A DNA stretch of 22,127 nucleotides from assembly GCA_002269645.1 (NCBI GenBank), contig NIVC01005196.1, positions 1 to 22,127 on the forward strand, in the 5' to 3' direction. Shown piece after piece: positions 1 through 9,190 of the stretch. This DNA is from Macrostomum lignano (lineage: Eukaryota). The translations under genes were made by a program, and so were the position numbers. The notes under the pieces are model-generated. The model worked only from the letters and a program-made list of their open reading frames with translations, had not been told where the DNA came from and did not search any database. Position 1 is the first letter of the stretch. Every line of letters begins with the position of its first letter.

Positions 1-301
1 ATTTAATAGTTCTAAAAAATGAAGTTTAATCCATATTAACCACCGGACGTCTCTACCAACGTCAGAAGAAAAATGCCGGAAAGGTCGGATGAGTCGGCGT
101 CGAATGCCTTACCACACGTCTTGATGCGTCTGACACGTGCTGATAATTTTTTGCTTTACTTACTTAAATATCTACTCATAGTAGAATCGCCAGTAAATTA
201 GCCACCACTGAACCTGTTTCAAAACTTCTAATTTTTACTTCTTTAGCTCGTGTAGCATCAGCTGCTAAACGTTAACAACAAGCATTTTGTTTCCTGTACA
301 G

Positions 302-3300
302 GTTCAGCTTCGATCCCACTGTTCGACACACATTCTGGGGCCTGACGATTGGCAGTGCGGTTGGCTGGCTCGGCACCTACGGCGTTAATCAGGCAGCAGT
401 GCAGCGGTATTGCGCGTTGCCAAGCATCTCCAAGGCTAGACAGTAAGAATTTTTTTCGAATTTGACTGGTTTTATTTATTTTCTTCGCGATAATTAGGAA
501 TCTGCTTTACCTCGAAGCAGTGGCAAAGCAGGGTCTTATATTGGCGCCACTGTCTCTTAGGTGCACACCACTGTCTCTTATATATGGGTGTCACTGTCTC
601 TTATCCCGGTCCGATTCCAACAGGTCTCTGTGGATCAACATACCTGGAGCGATGATTCTTACGTGGACAGCCAGCGCTGCTGGAATGGTCATTTTCGCCT
701 ACTACCAATACATCGGCTGCGACATCAATGGAATCGGCTGGGCCAGAGGAAAGAATGATGTAAGCATTGAGTCAACCATCGGTCTCATGGTGCAGCGTTT
801 TGCTGTACAACTTCATAGCTTTGTTCTACATTATGTAAAATATTATTGATCTCCAGTACAGCAAGCCTATGTTACCATTAGCAATCCGACGTCGTTATTA
901 GCAATCCGACGTTGTTATTAGCAATCAATGTTTTATTAGCAATACGACGCTATTGTTAGCAATCCGACGTTGCTATTAGCAATCCAACGCTGTTGTTAGC
1001 AATCGACGCTTTATTAGCAATCCGACATCTTTATTAGCAACCTGATGTGGTTATTTGCAACCCGACTTCTTTGTTAGAAATCTGACATGGTTATTAGCAA
1101 TCCGACGTCGGTGATTTCTTGGCCGACGTTCCTACGTCGATGGACGTCGCTGCAAATGTGTACTTCTACATTACACAGACGTTCAACCGGACGTATGACG
1201 TCGTTATTCGTCGGCGTAATGTTAGAATACTCATTTTCCTCGACGTCGTAACTTTAACCTGTGAAAGGATTTACCTTTAAAAGTACATGTAATAAATTCT
1301 CTTGCCCTGGTTTTTTTCATGAATAAATAATCACAAAACACGTCCTTTAGATCGTTCCGTACTACGTGATGGACCAGCTTGGCCAGTACTACTCTATCCC
1401 TGGATTATTCGTTGCTTCACTCTTTGCCGGAGCTCTCAGGTAAGTTAGCGCAATTTGTTAATGAAATTACAATGCCATTCTACAAATTAACAAGGTAAAA
1501 CACTTGGTTACAGCTCCGTGTCTTCTTCCCTAAACGCTTGCGCCGCCATTACCTGGAAGGACATCCTTGAGCCGCTATTCTTCAAGGACGCATCCGAGAC
1601 AAAGTCGGCTGGATTAACCGAATTCTCACGCTGATCTTCGGCATCTTGGGCACCGGCTTCGGCTTTATAGCCATTAACCTTGGCGGCACGGTGCTGCAAG
1701 CGTCCCTGTCATTCACTGGCGCCGTGGGGGCCCCGTCTCTAGGCCTGTTCATCATGGGCGCGTTCATCCCCATGTTAACAAATACGGGGCCTTCGTCGGA
1801 GCTGTAGCCGGCTTGGCCATCAACATGTGGGTGAGCATCGGTTCTTACTCTGCTGGCAACCAGGAGATCAGCCTGCCCGGCAACACCAGCATGTGCAATG
1901 TGCCTCGGCCAACCATGGGCACGTTCTCTACGAACGTTGCGTCGCCACTGTAAGTGGTATTTCAAAATCGTAACATAACTCTAGTAGACGTCAGCCAAAC
2001 TAAACATTTTTCACGTGCGATTGCGCGCATAAATTGCAGAGAAGCAAGCGGTCTACAGAAGTTTTACCAGCTATCCTACCTGTGGTATACTCTATTCGGA
2101 CTTTTGGTCACCGTCATTTTGGGCGTGCTGGTCTCTCTGATTACAAACCTCATCTGGGGTGAGTCGGTTTTGTTGATTTGCACCCTGAGCCCCTGGTAGC
2201 TATGAATTATAAGTTATTTACATGTGTAACAAAGCTATTGAGAATGGCATTTTATTTACAAAACATTTAATAATTACCGAAAATAAAATTCTCTCTTAGC
2301 AATAAGAACGGTCTTAGAAATCCCGGGACTTTTCTTAATTCGATGTACTTTTAGTCTAGACTAGCTATAGATTTAACTAGTGAATTGCTCGATTGATCAT
2401 CCACAGCCTGTTAAAAATTTTGAGATTCAAACATAAGGCACCTAATTGATTACTCTGTAGACAGTAAAAAGCAAAATTTCTTGCCTTTTTCACTTCGTAT
2501 AACAAATTTAGCTGGGTGCTCGCACCCGATTTTGCAGGCTACAAACGCCCGGACCACAAGTACGTCGTCCCGCTAGTGCACAAGCTGTGCTGTTGCTTCC
2601 CAATGGGCTGTCAGGAGTTCACCAGCTGCGGCATCGACATCCAGGCCAGGGACGAGTTCGAGTACGCGGCCGAAGAAGAGGATAAACGACCGAATATTGT
2701 GAGAGCACTTTGCCTGTGTAAAGGGGGTCATGGCTTGCTGGTCTAGCGGCCCAGGCTCGATTCCAAATGCTGTCACATTAATATGGGGCTGAATTGGAAT
2801 CTCGGCTTGAGTCTGCGCGTGCAATTAACGGCTTTGAGGGCCAACCCCCGAGGCCCAGTGAAGTGTACATGCCTAACGATAAATAAAGTTAGGGCCGCTG
2901 TACACTCCTTTGTGTGTGCCTGTACGTATGACTGCGTACGTATCTTGCGTGCCTGCTCAGCGGAGTCAGTGGAATGGGCAGTAATGCCTCTCCCCGGTTG
3001 TGTGACAATGTCGCTTAAAGTTCGCCATGGTGCATACACCTCCCTGCCTCTAAAAATAGCCAGTGCTGAAATTCGATCTCAAACAAATTAAAACCAGGCA
3101 AAAATGTACGGGATCCCAATTATGGGTGTTTATTTAAGTTTTAACAACCAATATTTTACTTTTTTGTCCGTTATTAGAATACCTGTAACACAATTTGCAT
3201 TCAACCACTAGAAATGTATCGCCTTCAACTGTAAATCTAACTCCTCAAGGCCCCACCATGCCTAAAACCTTCACCTTTATTATAATAATTAAGAATATTG

Positions 3301-3924
3301 ATAACGCTTGCCCTAATGGGCGCGTAATAAGCTATTGCGCGGCGCATCTGAAGGTTGAGTACTGCTGTTCAGTCCAGGGACTGGGGGGTCGCCAAACACA
3401 CCTTTAAGCAATGCAGAGTTTAGCGTCTTGCTCAAGGACACATATTGTTTTGAGTGGGTCGAGAACCGAACCCCCGACCTTTCATTCGTGGGTCCAACGC
3501 TCTATCCACTAGGCTACAACCTCTCTTCACCTATAGAAACCTAATACCGTATTAAGAGATCTAATGCACTCTGTGGGATATCCACGGGATGGGCAGACAT
3601 CTTTCACCATTTCTTCTGGTCTTTTTCTATCAAAGGAATCAAGTTATGAACATCATATATAAAATAAAACCACTTCTGAATTGCCTCGCTCAGGTTGACG
3701 TCGAGCTCACCGAAAGACCGTCCTCTGCTGGCAACAAAGTGGCCCCGATGCCTGCCGCTGGTGACTCGCAGCAACCTGTCGCCGGAACTTCAAGTTCGTC
3801 GCCTACGCCGACCGCCTTCACGGCGTCGACGGATGTAAAGCCTCCGCCCTATGAAAGGAACCCGGCCGAACCGAACAGCAAAGAAAATCCCGACTCATTG
3901 TCCGTTACAGCTGAGGCTGTTTAG
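302..3924 (+). CDS. SLC5A-family sodium:solute symporter (SMCT/SMVT/NIS-like), 3' part, 7 exons; the 5' end lies upstream of the window
   Basis: Exons reconstructed by hand with GT-AG borders and compatible phases: 302-442, 624-759, 1351-1439, 1514-1949, 2040-2158, 2538-2698, 3694-3924 (stop TAG). The translation contains family hallmarks: [15 protein letters not shown]...[20 protein letters not shown]...[45 protein letters not shown] and [25 protein letters not shown]. Exon 1514-1949 needs two +1 base repairs (about 1609 and 1767-1771). The orthologue cannot be assigned by eye. Confidence 0.93.
877..1110. repeat. Degenerate 20-bp intronic minisatellite, about 12 copies (GTTATTAGCAATCCGACGTY)
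   Basis: TTAGCAA(T/C)C recurs at about 20-bp spacing inside SLC5A intron 760-1350. Confidence 0.85.
2723..3090 (+). mobile_element. Possible degenerate tRNA-derived SINE (head lacks the anticodon arm)
   Basis: GGGGGTCATGGCTTGCTGGTCTAGCG resembles a tRNA 5' half/A box. GGCTCGATTCC (2754-2764) resembles a B box but follows almost immediately. The 3' limit is a guess from the A-rich stretch near 3080-3093. Confidence 0.3.
3276..3522 (-). mobile_element. tRNA-derived SINE with a CORE-like domain, antisense in the last SLC5A intron
   Basis: On the minus strand: A box TAGCCTAGTGG (3516-3506), B-box-like GGTTCGGTTCT (3472-3462), then GTGTCCTTGAGCAAGACGCTAAACTCTG (3441-3414), which resembles the CORE-SINE core GTGACCTTGGGCAAGTCACTTAACCTCTCTG. 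It ends in an AT-rich tail (...TTATAATAAA). Length is about 250 bp. Confidence 0.75.
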
Positions 3925-5344
3925 TACAAAGACTACTTATACCATGGACTACTGAAGAGTAGCGGAGGGTAGTAGAAAGACTACTGTTAGACCAAGGGAC
4001 TTGGAAGTTCCGCTTTAGATTGATATTTCTATGGTTAATTCTGGCGAGTGATTCTAGCTTCGAATCAATTGGACTGTCTACAAAAAACTTACTGATTAAT
4101 CGACTCGTAGGAGTTCAGTTGTATAAAAAATCTTTGTCAAATAAAAAATCAAACGAGAACGGGAAGTGTATGTTTCTTAACTTTGAGAATGGTTTTTTTA
4201 CGACAGAGTAGTTATAGTTACTAATAAATGTAGTTTCAAACACATGTCGTCTCTTTTTTAATTTTTAACGGTCCTAAGATAAACTACGAGCTCGTACAGA
4301 ATGTTTGGGTGTACGAGGGATCTGGTGTATCGTTAATTACAAGTTTTAACACCTTGTAAGCTCATTTGGGCTGTGAAAGAATCGATGCGCATTCGAAAAG
4401 AGAGTTAAAGCTGGTAAACCTGAATTAGAGGTTCGTGCACGGAACGGAGGGAATTGCAAACCAGAAATATCACAACTCCGAAAACTAAAATAGCATTGAT
4501 CTTAGCATTGATCTTCCGTTACTAGCACTTTCGGGTCGTATATAAATTTACTGGATTTGATTGCATATACAACTTTTGGCTGTTGTTTCATTTTATCTTA
4601 AAACAATTTCAAAACCCGATACTGTTGAACTGAACTTGAAGTAAATATTGCACTCGTAAATATGCTTAATTAACTGTAATTTTCTACGCTCGTAGATGGG
4701 TCACTCGCCCACTCAGGCATATATACTTAGTAAAGCAGCTTTCTACTTTCAGTTCAGTAGCAAAGAAGAATACATAAGCTATTTTACAAAAACAAGGCAG
4801 CTGAAATGACTTTGATAAGTTAAGATTTAGAAGCCCAAGCTTGCAGGCGTAAACAACTTGCTAATTTGTTCAGCAATAATGTACATTGGCCAGTCCACTG
4901 AAATGTACATGGCCGCTTTAGGCTGGAATTCTGAGAAAGGCAATAAAAATAGGAACGGGGCGGGGTGGCGGGGGGATTGTGGGGAAAGGCGCGGTTGGAG
5001 GTTTAAGTTTGGGGTAAGAGCCAATAAATGAGCCTTGGCTTTAATTAAAAATACACTAAAATGCTACTGTTTAACTTACTACTCAACTGAAAGTAGCGAA
5101 TATGAATGAATGAATTATATTCTGGCATAATGTCATGGAATAGCACTTACTTTGATTAACACAAAAAATCTAAAAAATCAATACTCGATAATGTATCTAT
5201 TAATATTGCTTATAAACTATTTCGAAGAAGAAAGTTAGGAATAATGAATGGTGAAATTTATTAAAATTATGAAACGACCTCAATTAAAAGTTGACTGAAT
5301 ATGTCTCTTAGGCTAGATAACTTATATAGTGCACACAATGATAC

Positions 5345-5406
5345 CAAACAGAAGAGGCTGTCAAGAGATGACAAACAGAAGAGGCTGTCAGAGAGGACAA
5401 ACAGAA
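5345..5406. repeat. Short 26-27 bp tandem repeat (about 2.3 copies) downstream of the USP stop
   Basis: CAAACAGAAGAGGCTGTCA occurs at 5345 and 5372, with a partial third copy at 5398. Confidence 0.7.
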
Positions 5407-5497
5407 AACACAATATTAATTTTTTTTCGAAGCCATAATTCGGCAGAATAAACAAGGACATAGTTTCTAAGACGTGGTCTCGAGCTCCTTGCTGCTG

Positions 5498-5992
5498 CTA
5501 CGGGTGCGGCGGCGGAACTATGGCCACAGGCCGGTGAGCATGATGCAGTACGTAGTCAGACACGCTGCCAAGAAAGGTGCGTCGAAGAGCCCCGATGCCG
5601 CGATTGCCAACCACAATCAGCGAAGCGTCTTCTTCGGTTGCTATGGCAACCAGAGCCTGTCCGGGATTGGCGGACAATCGTTCAACAAATCGAACGTTGC
5701 AATCGGTTGGCAGGCCGAGCTGGTCGCAGCGGTCGCGGAGTTCCGCTGCCAGTCGGTGCCCGGCGTGCACCGCCTCCTTGACGCTGTTGGTGTACAGCTC
5801 CGCGGACACGGCGCTGGCGTACCCGGCTCCCAGGCTGACTGGGGGCGGCTCGGCGACGTAGGCAAACACCAGCTGGTCATCCGGGCTGGCCAGATTGGCG
5901 GCGTACCAGTTCAGAGCGCGATTGCTGTGAGCACTGCCGTCAACTGCGATGAGCACCTTGCGAGGTTGCTTCTGGGACGTGGACGACGACAT
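5498..5992 (-). CDS. usp: Universal stress protein A-family protein (single USP domain, ATP-binding type), 164 aa, intronless CDS
   Basis: N-terminal RKVLIAVDGSAHSNRALNW and C-terminal LIVVGNRGIGALRRTFLGSVSDYVLHHAHRPVAIVP, containing an exact G-2x-G-9x-GS ATP-binding motif. The ORF is intact. A minus-strand AATAAA lies at 5262-5257. Confidence 0.95.
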   Translation of the reverse strand: MSSSTSQKQPRKVLIAVDGSAHSNRALNWYAANLASPDDQLVFAYVAEPPPVSLGAGYASAVSAELYTNSVKEAVHAGHRLAAELRDRCDQLGLPTDCNVRFVERLSANPGQALVAIATEEDASLIVVGNRGIGALRRTFLGSVSDYVLHHAHRPVAIVPPPHP

Positions 5993-6069
5993 GCTGACGA
6001 AGTCTGTGAGAAGTGCAAGACGACGCGCTGATGTAGTTCACTTTCTATAGAAGCAGCTGTGATTAATTT

Positions 6070-6300
6070 AGCCAAGGAGGGAGATGATGGAGTGAGGTAG
6101 CCAAGAAGGGAGATGGTGGAGTGAGGTAGCCAAGAAGGGAGATGGGGAAGTGAGGTAGCCCAGGAGGGAGATGATGGAGTGAGGTAGCCAAGAAGGGAGA
6201 TGGGGGAGTGAGGTAGCTAAGGAGGGAGATGATGGAGTGAGGTAGCCAATGAAAGAGATGATGGAGTGAGGTAGCCAAGGAGGGAGATGGGGAAGTGAGG
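6070..6300. repeat. 29-bp purine-rich minisatellite, short array (about 8 units)
   Basis: Unit TGAGGTAGCCAAGGAGGGAGATG(G/A)(G/T)GGAG; same family and orientation as the array at 10100-11930. Confidence 0.95.
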
Positions 6301-6325
6301 TATAAATTCACTTATAGGTGTAAAT

Positions 6326-6514
6326 AGGTGTAGTTACTGTCTAAACAGGTGTTATTACTGTCCAAACAGGTGTAATTACTGTCTCAACAGGTGTAATTAC
6401 TGTCTAAACAGGTGTAATTACTGTCTAAACAGGTGTAATTACTGTCTAAACAGGTGTGATTACTGTCTAAACAGGTGTAAGTACTGTCTAAAAAGGTGTA
6501 ATTACTGTCTAAAC
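6326..6514. repeat. 21-bp minisatellite (CTGTCTAAACAGGTGTAATTA), left part, about 9 copies
   Basis: Near-perfect 21-bp period, interrupted at 6515 by the transposon and resumed at 9113. Confidence 0.95.
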
Positions 6515-6645
6515 GGTTTACCCCCGATTCGCCGAATCCCGATTCTCCGATTCCCGATTCGCCGATTCCCGATTCGCCGAATTCCCGATTCGCCGAATTC
6601 CTGACTCGCGGAATTCCTGATTTGCCGAATTCCTGACTCGCCGAA
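6515..6645. repeat. Left TIR of the MULE (tandem CC(C/T)GA(T/C)TCGCCGA(A)TT units)
   Basis: About 8 units; reverse complement of 8978-9112. Confidence 0.9.
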
Positions 6646-6700
6646 CCTTCAGGTTTCTAATTGTGCGACGCCACAGGTGGAAGTGGATGCATGCCAGGTG

Positions 6701-6795
6701 GGCCGGGTTGTGATTGGCCAGCTCTGGAGGCTCTCCTGCCTAGCCCTGTCCGCACGCTCGTATATAAGGGCCAGATTTCCAGTTGAGGCAGTCAC
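6701..6795 (+). promoter_or_regulatory. Putative Pol II promoter of the transposase
   Basis: Reverse CCAAT box (ATTGG 6713-6717), TATATAA at 6761-6767 and an Inr-like GCAGTC about 28 bp downstream, all shortly before the ATG at 6851. This is a motif match only. Confidence 0.45.
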
Positions 6796-6850
6796 ACTTT
6801 TGTAAATACAACTCAACACGTGAGCCAGTGACCTCAAGACAACATAAGTT

Positions 6851-8254
6851 ATGGCTCAGGCCGGACCCGCACCCGAAAGGGCCGAATTCGTAGTGAGCGA
6901 ACGGGAGGCCAGCTTCTGCTCCGCGATGGCTACCTGTATCGCGTGGACAAAAAGAGTCTGGTGGCTTCCTACTACAAGTGCCGAGAGGAACGCTGCAATT
7001 CTCGGGTCAATGTTGAAGACGGGTTTGTGACGTCGACGTCTGGAAGTCACGAACACCCGCCGCCATCGGCCGCCGCTCTCAAGCGCAAAGCTTTTGCCGA
7101 GACAGTGAAGGCGCAGGCACAAGAATCTGCCCTTCCAATTGCACGGATCTACCGAGACCAGGTGGCGACAAATGCTGCCGAGGGTGCAGATCTCGCCACG
7201 GTGCCCACGTTCTCCAGCGTCAAGACGGCCGCATACCACGCTCGACTTGCGGTCGTTCCACCGTTGCCTCCGACAGCTCAGCACTACGAGGTCGAGGCGG
7301 AGGTGTTCAACACTGCCACCGTTTTGGACTCGCGCGCATTGAATCTGGTGGGACCACGGGTCGTTGGATTCACGACGGACGCTCTGCTGGCAAGACTTGG
7401 CGAGTGCGAACGGTTGCAGATTGATGGTACTTTCAGCTGCTGCCCTGAGATCTTCTACCAGCTGTTCATCATTCACGGCAAGGTCCTCGGTGCGTGGGAG
7501 CCTCTTGTCTTCTTTCTGCTTCCCGCAAAGGATCAGAGAACGTATGAGACATGCTGAGGTTCGTCGAGTAACAGGTCATGACTGCATGGCAACGACCATT
7601 CTGACGGACTTCGAAGCCGGAAGCATGAACGCAGCGACTGGTAGGTGGCCACACTATCCGCAACCTGCTTTGCGAGGCTGCTTTTTCCACTTCTGCCAGT
7701 GCATCCTACGCCGCGTTGCCTCCGCTGGATTGAAGGCAGCGTACGAAGGTGACCCCGAGGTGAGGGCAACCGTTCGGCGTCTGATGGCGCTGCCGTTGAT
7801 GCCACTGGCTGGAGTGAAAGATGCCTTCCAGTTCATCCTCGGAGACATGCCTGCCCAAGCCCATCCGAATCATGCTCAAGTGGTCGCATTGATGGACTAT
7901 GTGACTACTACTTGGATCGACGGGGCCGCACAGTTTCAACCGCCACTGTGGAGCCACTACGGTGAAGACGACGACAGGACCATCAACGCCGCCGAGGGTC
8001 GTCATCACGCCCTCAACCAAGTCGCGGGGAACCATCGTCTCAACGTTCATTCTTTTGTGCGCGAGGTTGTGAAGGAGCTCCGGAACTGCCAGACACGCAT
8101 TCAGCAACGAGCCGCTGGCAATGTCACCAGTCGGCAAAGCTCTCGCGCGAAGAGGCTGGCAACAACAATTGCAAGACTCCGGGACGAGTTTTAAGCAGGC
8201 CAGAGAACACTGGAGCAGTTCCTTGACGCTTGTGGCTACCAGCTGCAGCTTTGA
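6851..8254 (+). pseudogene. FLYWCH-MULE DDE transposase, about 467 aa when repaired; two frameshifted regions and one in-frame stop as given
   Basis: FLYWCH-type N-terminus (GQLLLRDGYLYRV...YYKCREERC...HEH), first Asp in LQIDGTF, second Asp in ILTDFE, CxxH motif in GCFFHFCQ, and catalytic Glu in RTINAAEGRHHALN. Lesions are a missing G at 6903-6905, a frame change at about 7545-7557, and TAA at 8192-8194 followed in frame by AGQRTLEQFLDACGYQLQL to TGA at 8252-8254. Confidence 0.88.
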
Positions 8255-8358
8255 ACATTTCTCTTGCCGTGACATAATAACCATGCAGCTTTGAACATTT
8301 CTCTTGCCGTGACATAATAACCATGCAGCTTTGAACATTTCTCTTGCCGTAACATAAT
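8244..8358. repeat. 40-bp tandem repeat (about 2.9 copies) overlapping the transposase stop codon
   Basis: TTGAACATTTCTCTTGCCGT occurs at 8251, 8291 and 8331 (period 40). Confidence 0.9.
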
Positions 8359-8977
8359 GCCTTGGTTTGCTCTGAGGCGTGCCTTTGAGCAGACCAGCTT
8401 TAGTACCCCCGGGGGGTTGGTTTTGGGCCTTTGTGCGTGCGCGGGGTTGGCGTGGGGGGGGGGGTTGTGCGTTGTGTGTCTCTACCCTCCTTTGTGCAGC
8501 GGCCCTCCCCCCTCCGCCTGCTGAGGGTTTTTAATGCCCCGTTTTCTCTCAGGAGCTCCTGCGTTCTCGCTCTCGCTAAATTTTTTTTATTCTTCTTCTT
8601 TTAAAAATAAAATGCCGTGTTCGTCACCAAATATACAAGCATTCGAGTCTTGTTGGAGGCTGTTGCTTCGCCTCCGTGTTCTCGCCAACCTCGGTGTTCC
8701 TCTGTTTCTCTGGGTTCCTTCCGGGCCGGGTACTAATAAGATTTTTGCCACAAGAGTTTATTACATATTTTCTATCCTTTTATCTGAACTTTCCGCAGCT
8801 GTTGTCACCTACAGTAATAATAATAATACAAATAATACAATTTTAATACAATCCAAAATACAATATTACAATAATATAACTACAATAATAATTGTCTCCA
8901 AGTCTGATCCCGGAAGCACTTGTTCAGCTGATGGTGCGCCTGTGTGTGTGCGTGTGTGAGTGGACGGTCAATGGGGT

Positions 8978-9112
8978 AATCGGCAAATCAGGAATTCGGC
9001 AAATCAGGAATTCGGCAAATCAGGAATTTCGGCGAAGCAGGAATTCGGCGAGTCAGGAATTCGGCGAGTCAGGAATTCGGCGAATCGGGAATCGGCGAAT
9101 CGAGGGTAAACC
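8978..9112. repeat. Right TIR of the MULE
   Basis: About 8 AATTCGGC(G/A)A(G/A)TC(A/G)GG units ending in GGGTAAACC. Confidence 0.9.
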
Positions 9113-9190
9113 GTCTAAACAGGTGTAATTACTGTCTAAACAGGTGTAATTACTGTCTAAACAGGTGTAATTACTATCTAAACAGGTGTA
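9113..9190. repeat. 21-bp minisatellite, right part (about 3.7 copies)
   Basis: Same unit and phase as 6326-6514, resuming at the duplicated GTCTAAAC. Confidence 0.95.

Larger units (their letters stand above)
6515..9112 (+). mobile_element. Full-length Mutator-like (MULE, Phantom-like) DNA transposon, 2598 bp, with foldback-type TIRs and an 8-bp TSD
   Basis: Termini are GGTTTACCCCCGATTCGCCGA (6515 onward) and TCGGCGAATCGAGGGTAAACC (ending 9112). The TIRs are about 130 bp, each made of about 8 units of 15-16 bp. An exact direct repeat GTCTAAAC lies at 6507-6514 and 9113-9120. The element encodes a FLYWCH+MULE transposase. Confidence 0.93.

Noticed and set aside
548-603. Three CACTGTCTCTTA copies resembling the Nextera/Tn5 mosaic end
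   Set aside because: At most 12 nt match (CTGTCTCTTATA at 571-582), and the ACACATCT continuation is absent. It looks like a small natural intronic repeat.
4266-4278. TAACGGTCCTAAG, matching part of the bacterial LSU rRNA I-CeuI site
   Set aside because: Only 13 nt match, with no flanking rRNA similarity.
5267-5500. USP TAG followed by CAG CAG CAA and an in-frame downstream ORF (readthrough or variant genetic code)
   Set aside because: The USP domain is complete at the stop, the extension is AT-rich and runs through a tandem repeat, and other genes here end normally at TAG or TGA.
5498-5992. Horizontal transfer of USP from bacteria (intronless, GC-rich)
   Set aside because: USP genes are a known native family in cnidarians and lophotrochozoans, and the GC content matches the other exons here. 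A phylogeny would be needed to claim otherwise.
5474-6031. 185-aa plus-strand ORF and other ORFs overlapping USP
   Set aside because: Antisense or off-frame shadows of a GC-rich real gene.
6043-6052. TTCTATAGAA palindrome upstream of USP as a heat-shock element
   Set aside because: The TTC-GAA spacing is 4 nt, not the 2 nt required for nGAAn inverted arrays.
6856-8338. Minus-strand ORFs of 206 and 210 aa within the transposon
   Set aside because: Antisense shadows of the transposase with no recognisable motifs.
8405-8900. GC-rich low-complexity stretch, AAT-rich stretch and the 141-aa ORF inside the transposon as a captured gene
   Set aside because: Low complexity with no motif or splice structure. 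It may be poorly resolved sequence.
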